From the IMG/VR virus record IMGVR_UViG_3300043425_000245: a stretch of DNA of 64,000 bases. One strand, written 5' to 3'. The notes under the pieces are model-generated. The model was not told where the DNA came from. It made no database searches and saw nothing but the letters and a program-made list of their open reading frames with translations. Positions 45,221-53,794 of the stretch are shown piece after piece. The position numbers and the translations under genes are program-made. This stretch comes from a virus (lineage: Duplodnaviria; Heunggongvirae; Uroviricota; Caudoviricetes). Positions within the stretch are counted from its first letter, which is position 1. Each line of letters begins with the position of its first letter.

Positions 45221-45522
45221 TCAAAGCGTACGAACTCTTGGATGAAGACGTTGAAGGAAATCAGTTAATTCGCTTGACTTCCAACGAATATTCAGGTATA
45301 ATTTATACTTACGGTAGAGTTCGTTTGCTTGAAGAAGAAGACCAACTGCGTGTTCAGTTTGAATATGACATTCAAGAGAACCCAGTTGGCGTTCTTGATC
45401 CAAGCAAGTTCAGAAATCACATTGGTGATATTCTGATTGATCTACTCGAAGAAAACTTATTAAAGAATAACATAGTATACACTGGCGGAACTGATGAGAA
45501 TCGAACAACAAATTCTGAGTAA
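45217..45522 (+). CDS. Hypothetical protein (T4 gene 40 position) carrying an internal promoter
   Basis: ORF between uvsX and gp41. Contains the promoter at 45275-45302. Confidence 0.4.
   Translation: MIKAYELLDEDVEGNQLIRLTSNEYSGIIYTYGRVRLLEEEDQLRVQFEYDIQENPVGVLDPSKFRNHIGDILIDLLEENLLKNNIVYTGGTDENRTTNSE
45275..45302 (+). promoter_or_regulatory. Early sigma70-like promoter (AATTCGCTTGACT-N16-TATAAT) embedded in a coding region
   Basis: Same conserved upstream element (TCGCTTGACTT) as the promoters at 30103 and 26664. Positioned to drive gp41. Confidence 0.5.
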
Positions 45523-46888
45523 TTTGATTCATGATGAGCACTATTGTCGTAAGGTCATTCCATTCCTAAAGCGTGAGTATTTTTCCGATCGTAAAGAATC
45601 GGTGATCATCACTGAGATCATCGACTTCTTTAACAAATACAATAAATCCCTAACACCTGAAATTCTAGCGATTGAAGTTTCAAACGCAAAAGGTGTTACC
45701 GACAAAGAAGTTGGCGACATTGGTGAGTACATCAAGACTTTGGTCAAGGCACCCGTAAACGAAGACTGGTTACTTACAAGCACTGAGAAGTTCTGTAAAG
45801 ACCGAGCCGTTTATTTGGCTATCATGAACTCCATTAAGATCTTTGAGGGTAAAGATCCTACGCATGGACAAGACGCAATCCCTCACCTATTATCTGACGC
45901 ACTTGCTGTATCTTTTGACAGCCATGTGGGTCACGACTACTTGGATGACTTCGCTCATCGCTATGACTTTTATCATCGCATTGAAGAGAAGATTCCATTC
46001 GACTTGGATATGTTCAACAAGATTACCAAGGGTGGTCTGAGCCGTAAGACTTTGAACATCGCACTGGCTGGTACTGGTGTTGGTAAGTCCTTGTTTATGT
46101 GTCACGTTGCAGCTGGCGCACTAACTGCAGGTCGTAACGTTCTCTACATTACTATGGAAATGTCAGAAGAACGTATCGCTGAACGTATTGACGCAAACCT
46201 TTTGAACTTGACTATGGATGAATTGAAGGTTGTCGACAAAGACATCTTTGAATCACGCATTGATAAACTGAAGAAAAAGACTCAAGGTAAACTAATCGTC
46301 AAAGAATATCCAACCGCTTCTGCTCATGCTGGTCACTTCCGTGCATTGCTAGAAGAACTTAAACTCAAACGTGAATTTGTTCCAGATATCGTGTTTATAG
46401 ATTATCTAAATATTTGTTCCTCTCAGAGGATGAAAGCTGGTGCGAATGTTAATTCATATACGTTTGTGAAGGCGATTGCTGAAGAGCTTCGTGGTTTGGC
46501 TGTTGAATATAATGTACCCATTGTTTCAGCCACACAAACTACCCGTTCTGGATATGGTAGTTCAGACCCAGGACTTGAAGATACTTCTGAATCGTTCGGT
46601 CTACCTGCGACAGCTGACTTTATGTTTGCTTTGGTTTCAAGTGAAGAACTAGAAAACCTGAATCAGATTATTGTCAAGCAGTTGAAGAACCGTTACAACG
46701 ACCCGAATTACTATAAACGATTTGTGGTTGGTATTGATAGAAGTAAGATGAAATTATATGATGTTGAAGCATCTGCCCAAGAAGGCTTGGCTGACGCTGG
46801 ACACGTCAAAGATGACAAACCATTATTTGATAAGAGTGGTTTTGGTTCCAGAATGCAGTCTGAGAATTTTAGCGGATTTAAGTTTTAA
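45494..46888 (+). CDS. Replicative DNA helicase gp41 (DnaB-like)
   Basis: QQILSNLIHDEHYCRKVIPF matches T4 gp41 EIILSHLIFDQAYFSKVWPY. Walker A AGTGVGKSL matches AGVNVGKSL. GLPATADFMFALV matches GLPATADFMLAVI. Confidence 0.9.
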   Translation: MRIEQQILSNLIHDEHYCRKVIPFLKREYFSDRKESVIITEIIDFFNKYNKSLTPEILAIEVSNAKGVTDKEVGDIGEYIKTLVKAPVNEDWLLTSTEKFCKDRAVYLAIMNSIKIFEGKDPTHGQDAIPHLLSDALAVSFDSHVGHDYLDDFAHRYDFYHRIEEKIPFDLDMFNKITKGGLSRKTLNIALAGTGVGKSLFMCHVAAGALTAGRNVLYITMEMSEERIAERIDANLLNLTMDELKVVDKDIFESRIDKLKKKTQGKLIVKEYPTASAHAGHFRALLEELKLKREFVPDIVFIDYLNICSSQRMKAGANVNSYTFVKAIAEELRGLAVEYNVPIVSATQTTRSGYGSSDPGLEDTSESFGLPATADFMFALVSSEELENLNQIIVKQLKNRYNDPNYYKRFVVGIDRSKMKLYDVEASAQEGLADAGHVKDDKPLFDKSGFGSRMQSENFSGFKF

Positions 46889-46899
46889 GGAGAAACGAA

Positions 46900-48273
46900 A
46901 TGAGTATTGATGCTGGAAGAAATGTGAAGGTAGTTGTATTAGAAGCCCCAGAGGTTGTGCCTCGCCCAGATTTAGTTGGTACATGGTTGGATGAAACTCA
47001 TTACCACACACTGGTTGAGTCTGATATGGATTTGTACTTGCCTGCAAAGTGCGCCACAGACTTATCTGATCCAGATTGCAACAAGCAATGTAGTGGTTGC
47101 GCAAAAGGTCTTGATGAACGTAACATCGTTTTCAAGTTCCGTAAGAACTACTTCAGTGATGAAATGACAAAGTCTGCTTACGAAGGTCTTCGTGACGCAG
47201 CTACTGAAACTCAGAACCGTGGTACTGCTGCTGGTCCACGTGGTGAGAAGCTACAAGGTCGCGACTGGGTTACAGCGTATCAATGGGATATTATTGAAGC
47301 CTTTAAGAAGGGTGCTGGTAACTTGTTGGGTGAAGACCCGATTGAAGCTATCCAAACTAAATATGCCGAAGGTCGTGACCAAGCGTCTAACCGTGCTCAA
47401 GTATGGCTCCGCGATTCAGTTGCAGATGCTGGGTTCCAATTTGATGACTGGGTTGAAACAACTCGCCGTAAACCTGCAGCTGAAGCGTCAGCTGATGCAG
47501 CTTGGGTTGAAGACAATCTAATCTCTAAGACTACTTACGCAAACCCAGTGAACTCTGGTATTGCTGGTTGGTACGATCGTTATCCACGTATCCCTTATGG
47601 TCGTGCAACTTCTTACACTGAGAAGCAATTCGATAAGTTCAAGAAGTCTTACCCATACCTTCAGCATCTGTCTAAAGCGTTCGCTGAATTGTTACCATGG
47701 CGTTATGGCAACCAGAAAGCCGCTGCGGATAAGATTGATCCACGCTTCTTGGTCCCAAATACTCCATTCAGTACAATTACTGTAAACCGTAACTTCAGAA
47801 CTGCAGCCCACTATGACCCCGCAAATATGGATGATGGTTTCGCTAATATCTGCGTGTTTAGTAACTCTGATAATTATAGAGGTGCTTACTTGGTATTCCC
47901 CGAGATTGGTTATGCTGTTAACATTCGTCCAGGTGATTTACTGTTCGTTAATAACATGGCTGGTCTGCATGGTAATACTGAATTGATTCTGGATGACCCT
48001 AATGCTGAACGTATCTCTATCATTGCATTCTTCCACGAAGGTATGTTGACTCTTGGTTCTATGGAGTATGAAAATGCTCGTCGTAAGTTCGTTGATCACT
48101 GCAAGAACGATGTTAACAACCCTCACTATCGCCCACGCTTTAACGGTGTATACGCTGGAATGTGGGAAAGCCAAGAGTGGTATGACTTCTGTAAGAAAGA
48201 AGTTGGCGAAGCAGAAACCTTGAAGATGCATCCAGAATCTAATGCTTCTTCACTAGATGAGTTCTTTGCCTAA
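46900..48273 (+). CDS. TET/JBP-family 2OG-Fe(II) dioxygenase (5-methylpyrimidine or thymine oxidase) with N-terminal Cys-cluster region
   Basis: AAHYDPANMDDGFANICVFSN gives H-x-D-x-x-N (TET2 AHRDLHNMQNGSTLVCTL). LHGNTELI matches THGSILIE. ERISIIAFFH matches TET2 NRISLVFYQH (2OG-binding Arg and terminal His). N-terminal CATDLSDPDCNKQCSGC cysteine cluster. Confidence 0.75.
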   Translation: MSIDAGRNVKVVVLEAPEVVPRPDLVGTWLDETHYHTLVESDMDLYLPAKCATDLSDPDCNKQCSGCAKGLDERNIVFKFRKNYFSDEMTKSAYEGLRDAATETQNRGTAAGPRGEKLQGRDWVTAYQWDIIEAFKKGAGNLLGEDPIEAIQTKYAEGRDQASNRAQVWLRDSVADAGFQFDDWVETTRRKPAAEASADAAWVEDNLISKTTYANPVNSGIAGWYDRYPRIPYGRATSYTEKQFDKFKKSYPYLQHLSKAFAELLPWRYGNQKAAADKIDPRFLVPNTPFSTITVNRNFRTAAHYDPANMDDGFANICVFSNSDNYRGAYLVFPEIGYAVNIRPGDLLFVNNMAGLHGNTELILDDPNAERISIIAFFHEGMLTLGSMEYENARRKFVDHCKNDVNNPHYRPRFNGVYAGMWESQEWYDFCKKEVGEAETLKMHPESNASSLDEFFA

Positions 48274-48980
48274 TGTGTGCCGTAATTGGAGCAGTTATTA
48301 AGAATCCTTCTCTGAAGGATTTTGAAGCCCTGAAGCGTGTGTTCGTCGAGTCTAAGATTCGTGGTATGCACGCAACAGGTATGTCATTCTTACCAAAGTG
48401 GACTGATGATATTGTTACAATTAAGGAAGCTATCCCAGCGGATCAGTTCGTTGAGAAGCATATGCATAACGACAACTTCAAAGAGTTCATTAACAAGGAT
48501 GGTAACTTATATCTGATCGGTCACTGTCGTTACTCGACATCTGATTTGGAATATAACCAACCTATGGCCAATGCAGACAAATCAATTGTCCACAATGGTG
48601 TTATCACTCAAGAGCTTCCAGAACACTGGAAAGAGTTGTATGGTTATGACTGCGCAACAAAGAATGATTCTGAGTTAGTCCTGCATTCAAACGATCCTCT
48701 TGATGAGTTCAACAATATGTCCATGGCAGTTTGTACTCTCACGGCTTCTCCTAAAGAGTTGACTGTTTATCGCAATGGTAAGCGTCCATTATATTTGACT
48801 ACTCTATCGAATGGTAGTATAATTACCTCTACAGCAGATATTGCCAAACGTGCTAATTTGTATTTTCCAAACATGGAAATTCCAATGGACACATATATCA
48901 CGTTTGACTCAGCCTTAACTATGAGGATGCAACTTGTTAAAACAGGAAACAAGGATTTACAGAATGTACAACAAAAGTGA
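48273..48980 (+). CDS. Class-II glutamine amidotransferase / Ntn-hydrolase-like protein (N-terminal Cys nucleophile)
   Basis: Starts MCAVIGAV (Cys2 nucleophile as in MCGIVG GATase-II). Immediately followed by an amidoligase gene, the conserved PF12224 neighbourhood. Confidence 0.6.
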   Translation: MCAVIGAVIKNPSLKDFEALKRVFVESKIRGMHATGMSFLPKWTDDIVTIKEAIPADQFVEKHMHNDNFKEFINKDGNLYLIGHCRYSTSDLEYNQPMANADKSIVHNGVITQELPEHWKELYGYDCATKNDSELVLHSNDPLDEFNNMSMAVCTLTASPKELTVYRNGKRPLYLTTLSNGSIITSTADIAKRANLYFPNMEIPMDTYITFDSALTMRMQLVKTGNKDLQNVQQK

Positions 48981-49836
48981 TTTTACATATGGTATGGAGA
49001 TAGAGTGGGGAGATGTTCCCCGCTCTTTTTCAATTCCGGAACAACTAGGTTCTTGGGAATACTCCGAGCGTGACATTATCAACCTTCGTGCACCATACGC
49101 AAACGTGTGCGCCGATCCGTTGGGTGTTGAACCGCCAATGGGTGGTGAGATTAACACCAAGCCAACTAGAACTTGGCAAGACCAAGTTGATCGTTATTTT
49201 GAACTGAAAGATTTATTCAATGAACAAGGTCACGACCCAACTGTTGGTGTTACTGCTCATACCCATATTCATTGCCGTGTCCCAGGTCTTCGTGATGATA
49301 TTGATGCACTGAAGCGTCTAACAAAATACATCAAAGAGAATCAAGCTGCAGCCATTGAACATGTATATGGCTTCTTTGAGCACAACCAGATGAAGGGTGC
49401 CAAAGGTTCTAAGATGTATCTGAAGTTTGATGGTGGTCGCCCAATGCCTGACTACATGAGCGATAACATTATCAACCTAGCAACTGACTTTGATTCTTTT
49501 ATCAAGATGCACGCCGCAGGTAAAGATGGTGTATCAATGGGTCGTCCATTCCGTTTCGCTATTAACATGTATGCGTTGAAGCATATTGACACTGTAGAGT
49601 TTCGATTGTTCCGTGGCACGTTAGATCGTACTGAACTAGAATCATGCTTCCGTTTTGTTGAAGACTTCCTTGATGCTGCATTGAATGATGGTCCAAGCGT
49701 AAACGATCTTATTTCTGAACGTGGTTATAAGTTCCCTCCGATGCAATGGGACTTGGCTCAGTTTATCGGTTGGGAAAAGACTAAGCACCCAGAAGAACGT
49801 GGCAAGAAAGTGAGAACATACGTTGAAGTTGAATAA
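48964..49836 (+). CDS. Amidoligase-family enzyme (glutamine-synthetase/GCS2-like)
   Basis: Conserved gene-pair context with the GATase-II-like protein. E/H-rich catalytic region ...TAHTHIHCRVPG...VEFRLFRGT. AAGGA RBS before ATG 48964. Alternative starts 48934 and 48994. Confidence 0.5.
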   Translation: MYNKSDFTYGMEIEWGDVPRSFSIPEQLGSWEYSERDIINLRAPYANVCADPLGVEPPMGGEINTKPTRTWQDQVDRYFELKDLFNEQGHDPTVGVTAHTHIHCRVPGLRDDIDALKRLTKYIKENQAAAIEHVYGFFEHNQMKGAKGSKMYLKFDGGRPMPDYMSDNIINLATDFDSFIKMHAAGKDGVSMGRPFRFAINMYALKHIDTVEFRLFRGTLDRTELESCFRFVEDFLDAALNDGPSVNDLISERGYKFPPMQWDLAQFIGWEKTKHPEERGKKVRTYVEVE

Positions 49837-50374
49837 GTGTACTCGTGACCAATTCATCAAAGCTATCTCTGATGATAAGGCTGACAAGTTTGCTAAGACT
49901 TTCGTGGCCAAAGCAGACATGCAGGAACAGTGGGATGATTGTATCGGTGCCTTCAACGAAGAAGGTGAACTGATGGCTGCTATCATTACCACTATCTCTA
50001 AGCGTAAACCTTTCGTTGCTAATCTACAGCTGCTTCACACCTTTGCTAAACACAGGGGTCAGGGAGCAGCTAAAGCGTTATGTGAAGCATCACTTCGTCA
50101 TGTTAAGAGTAAGCAAGCGTTGTACTTTCGTGTATCGTCAGAACCAGAATCAGTTGGCTTCTATGAGAAGATTGGTTTCAAGTTCTGGGGTAAACAAAAG
50201 TCTGGTTGTCAGTTGAGTATTTTCCGAATTGATGGCGATACCTTCTTCGAGGGAGACTACGACTATACAGACCAGATGATCAACGGAGCCATCCATAAAA
50301 AGGGAAAAGGTGGGTGTGTAGAGGTATTTGACCTCACCGAAGCCCAGAAACCCCTGACTCTAGAAGGGTTTTGA
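49823..50374 (+). CDS. GNAT-fold acetyltransferase
   Basis: HTFAKHRGQGAAKALCEASL (R-x-x-G-x-A motif A). ...FYEKIGF typical GNAT C-terminus. TTG start in the ORF track; the true start may be downstream. Confidence 0.5.
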   Translation: MKLNKCTRDQFIKAISDDKADKFAKTFVAKADMQEQWDDCIGAFNEEGELMAAIITTISKRKPFVANLQLLHTFAKHRGQGAAKALCEASLRHVKSKQALYFRVSSEPESVGFYEKIGFKFWGKQKSGCQLSIFRIDGDTFFEGDYDYTDQMINGAIHKKGKGGCVEVFDLTEAQKPLTLEGF

Positions 50375-50379
50375 GGGTA

Positions 50380-50408
50380 TTTACTTTTATTCAAGAATAT
50401 AGTATAAT
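50380..50408 (+). promoter_or_regulatory. Early sigma70-like promoter (TTTACT-N17-TATAAT)
   Basis: Same family. Precedes ATG 50436. Confidence 0.55.
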
Positions 50409-50435
50409 ATATCTATAACTTGAAAAGGATTTATT

Positions 50436-51722
50436 ATGATTCATACCACTAACTTCTATCTCTACGCTTGGTTGAAACCAGAACCATATACAGTAAATAT
50501 GGGTAAGAAGGTTTCTCAGAAAACCTCTTATGTTTCATCAGCGTCATCTCAAGAGTTTTGGAATGATTTTGGTAATGCGAAACTACAACAATATTGTATT
50601 TTTGAATCTGATGATGAAGCCGTGGTCAGTGCGGCTGAATGGTGGGGTTTAGATTATGGTATGAAAGTTTTGGGTAAAGGTAAGTTCTACAACAAATCTA
50701 ACAACGCTCACCGTGGCGATCAATCATTAGTAACAGAAGAAATCAAACAGAAGATCGTTGACTTCTATGATGGTAAACTGAAGCCAGACGTTAATGTTGA
50801 TACATTCTCTCTTGGTCGAAACATTATCGACAAAGTTGAGAACGGTTTTTACCCAATCGTACAATTTCCAGTATATAAGTTGGTTGAGATGCAACGCAAC
50901 CAAGCACGTGCAATTGAACAGAACGTTGTTACTGAAGACCAGATTGTTCGAGCATATAATGATGACCCGAAACAAGTATTGCGCGATATTACACCAGCGA
51001 CGTTAGTAAAGCGACCAGATGGTAGTCTTGAAATTGTTAACGGACATACCCGCATCGGCGCTGCTTCTAAGTGTCGTGGGTGGAACGAGATTCCTGTTTG
51101 TATTGTAGAAGAGTCTGAATTTGGTGATACAGAGAAAGATATTGCTACTAATATCTTGCTTGCTGGTAGTTATGCCAACCGTCGAAGCCCTGTCATCACT
51201 AAAGAAAATACTGATGAAGACCTTATGTTCCAGATGGAAAACTATTTGGTCATTCAGGAGATGGACGCATCCGTTGAAACTGCTCAACCGTATATCCGCG
51301 AGGTTCTTACTGCGGAATTTACAAAGAGCGCAGGTTCTAAGCGAGCAGCATCAGGTATCGTCACTAAGATTTTTAATAAGTACGAGAAACAGAAGAACGA
51401 AATGTCAATTGCTAAGAACATGATTGTTTATAGCGACGCTGAACTTCGTACATACTGTTATCAGAAATATGAGAAACACGGCATCGCCGCTGTTCACTCA
51501 ACTATGAGTAGCATGGCTCACTTTGACCCACTTGGTTTTATTTTCCACCACGCGAGTCACATGAATACTCTTCCAAAGAAACTCGCTATTGTTCTTCACT
51601 CCAGGACAAAAGATGAATATGTAAAAGGACAAGCAGCTGGTAAAGTTGCAGCGATGCAAAAGGTCATTGATGGTTATAAATTACCTATCACGATTGATGT
51701 CCTGCCAGCATTTGAAGAATAA
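50436..51722 (+). CDS. ParB/Sulfiredoxin-fold (ParB-like nuclease domain) protein
   Basis: DGSLEIVNGHTRIGAASKCRGWNEIPVCIV resembles the ParB-Srx core (DG.HR..A, IP). About 428 aa. Confidence 0.45.
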   Translation: MIHTTNFYLYAWLKPEPYTVNMGKKVSQKTSYVSSASSQEFWNDFGNAKLQQYCIFESDDEAVVSAAEWWGLDYGMKVLGKGKFYNKSNNAHRGDQSLVTEEIKQKIVDFYDGKLKPDVNVDTFSLGRNIIDKVENGFYPIVQFPVYKLVEMQRNQARAIEQNVVTEDQIVRAYNDDPKQVLRDITPATLVKRPDGSLEIVNGHTRIGAASKCRGWNEIPVCIVEESEFGDTEKDIATNILLAGSYANRRSPVITKENTDEDLMFQMENYLVIQEMDASVETAQPYIREVLTAEFTKSAGSKRAASGIVTKIFNKYEKQKNEMSIAKNMIVYSDAELRTYCYQKYEKHGIAAVHSTMSSMAHFDPLGFIFHHASHMNTLPKKLAIVLHSRTKDEYVKGQAAGKVAAMQKVIDGYKLPITIDVLPAFEE

Positions 51723-52741
51723 TGGATTACAGACTAAAAGAAAACAGAAGAGAAGCCTTCATCCGCTGGTACGCATGGTCAATGAAATATGATGACTGTG
51801 ACCCAGCGGTTTGGGCTACAAACTATCTTCATAAACGTTATGAACATAATGACGAAGAACGTATTTGGTTTGCATGGTTATATGGTAACACATATCAACT
51901 GCCAACTGCTTGGGTTCTTAAGAATGAATTCCCTGACTACGAACTTGCCACGGTAGATCGTATCACTCAATGGAATACAACCAACTACAAACGACTCCGT
52001 TACCAGACTGATACGAAATGGAACAAGGGTCATCTTCCAGCAATGTTTGAATCGTATCAAAATTTTATTGGAAAGAAGACTCAACGTGAAACACTCGAAT
52101 CGTACTACGTCGGTGATGCTAAAGAAAACTTTGATGCTCTGTGGAGCGTTCTTAAGTCAAGGCTTCATAAGTTTGGTCGTTATTCTACTTGGTTCTATAT
52201 GCAGCATCTTAAGCACACTGCTGGTATTAACATTGAGCCTAGTTCTCTTATGTTGGATGATTATGATGGTTCCCGTTCTCATCGTAATGGATTACTTTTT
52301 GCCGCTGGGCGTGATAACGATGTTGATCGAAAACTCACTGGAAGCGAGTATGGAGACCTTGAAGCATTTGGCGAGGGAATCAGGGTTGAAATGCTAGACA
52401 GGTTTCCTGAACTAGCAAATCAAATTGACTTCTTTACTATGGAAACCTGTCTGTGTTCTTTCAAGAAAATCTTTAGAGCAAAGCACGGTCGCTATCTTGG
52501 ATATTACCTTGACCGTCAAGCTGAAGAGATTATCAAAGCTGAAGGTGATGGATGGTATGGTATTGATTGGAATGTTATGTGGCAATCTCGAAATGAAACA
52601 ATCGACTTGCGACTAGACCACAAGAATGGCATCAATAAAGAAAAGTTTACTTTCTTCCTGAACTCAGGTAAAATAGATAACTTAGAATGGATGTTTGAAG
52701 ATGAAGAAAAACCCTTAATGGGATTGGAGATGTTTACATGA
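51722..52741 (+). CDS. Hypothetical protein in the modification cassette
   Basis: ATGG overlap with the upstream gene. Trp/Tyr-rich. No motif I can assign from sequence alone. Confidence 0.4.
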   Translation: MDYRLKENRREAFIRWYAWSMKYDDCDPAVWATNYLHKRYEHNDEERIWFAWLYGNTYQLPTAWVLKNEFPDYELATVDRITQWNTTNYKRLRYQTDTKWNKGHLPAMFESYQNFIGKKTQRETLESYYVGDAKENFDALWSVLKSRLHKFGRYSTWFYMQHLKHTAGINIEPSSLMLDDYDGSRSHRNGLLFAAGRDNDVDRKLTGSEYGDLEAFGEGIRVEMLDRFPELANQIDFFTMETCLCSFKKIFRAKHGRYLGYYLDRQAEEIIKAEGDGWYGIDWNVMWQSRNETIDLRLDHKNGINKEKFTFFLNSGKIDNLEWMFEDEEKPLMGLEMFT

Positions 52742-53175
52742 ACCCAGATGACGTATTAAATGATGTGATGCAAGGAAGTCTTACATTAAGCGACGGCAAT
52801 TATTCTGTTGTAACAAATAGCGGTCTTGCACCAATTGGTATTAGTAGTTGGTCGGCTCATAATGCTATGACTGCTGCTACACCTCTCCCAAAGATTACAC
52901 GCACAGTGGATGAGATTATGGATGAGCATAGCCTCAACCGTATCGCTGTTGATCATAAAGTAACTGCTCAAGAGCTATTGAAGCTACAAGAGGTTGCCCA
53001 TGATTATGCCTCTGAGATTAAAGAGAACATCGCCAAGAACTTAGCACGTGATATTGCCAAGAAGGTTATGTTCAAAAAGAAACACGATAAGGATGCTGAC
53101 GTTCATCACTTCATCGGTCGTGTTTGGGTATTCACTGATGAAGAATTGAAAGAGTTACTGAATAATGTTCATTGA
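52738..53175 (+). CDS. Hypothetical protein
   Basis: Coupled ORF. Confidence 0.35.
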   Translation: MNPDDVLNDVMQGSLTLSDGNYSVVTNSGLAPIGISSWSAHNAMTAATPLPKITRTVDEIMDEHSLNRIAVDHKVTAQELLKLQEVAHDYASEIKENIAKNLARDIAKKVMFKKKHDKDADVHHFIGRVWVFTDEELKELLNNVH

Positions 53176-53770
53176 TAAAATTAAAGCGAATGATGAAGTC
53201 ACCATTCAACTTATTAGAGCGGAGAAAAAAGTGAGAAAACTTATTGCTGTTGGTGGTAGCCCAGGAACTGGCAAGACCACGTTGTTCCGTAAGTATATGG
53301 AAAGTAAAGTATTCCAACCAGTTGAACCAGCCAAGCTAGTTTCAGCCATGTATAATACTGAGCGTGATCTATACATCCTTGGTAAGTATGAAGAAGGCGA
53401 AGTGTTCGCTGGAACCGACCGTCTTTCTATGGCAGTTCAGCCAGCCATGCAGGAGTGGATCGCTTCCCATAACTGTAACGTTCTATTTGAAGGTGACCGT
53501 ATCTTCAATCAGTCTTTCCTAGAGTTCGCCATGGGTCTCCCAGATACCGAGCTTCATATCGTATTCCTGAACGCACCTAAGACAGTTCTCGAACAGCGAT
53601 ATAAAGATCGTGGTTCTGATCAGTCCGAGCAATTCCTAAGAGGTCGCGAAACTAAATATAGTAACCTGTTATCAAATTTTGACTTGATGCCTTATATTAC
53701 TGAGTTTGCAAATACTAACTTAGAGGAACAAGCGAAAGTCTTAGCCTTCCTAGAAGGACAATTAGGGTAA
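53165..53770 (+). CDS. P-loop kinase / NTPase
   Basis: Walker A LIAVGGSPGTGKTTLF, Walker B-like LFEGDR. About 200 aa. Not convincingly T4 gp1-like. Confidence 0.5.
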   Translation: MFIDKIKANDEVTIQLIRAEKKVRKLIAVGGSPGTGKTTLFRKYMESKVFQPVEPAKLVSAMYNTERDLYILGKYEEGEVFAGTDRLSMAVQPAMQEWIASHNCNVLFEGDRIFNQSFLEFAMGLPDTELHIVFLNAPKTVLEQRYKDRGSDQSEQFLRGRETKYSNLLSNFDLMPYITEFANTNLEEQAKVLAFLEGQLG

Positions 53771-53794
53771 GGTTTAGGCTTTCTAGGAGGTCAA

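Noticed and set aside
53165-53770. P-loop protein as the T4 gp1 dNMP kinase homolog
   Set aside because: The Walker A context (GSPGTGKTT) and overall pattern do not resemble T4 gp1 (GVKRSGKDT). Left as a generic P-loop kinase, with hm-base DNA kinase considered as a hypothesis.
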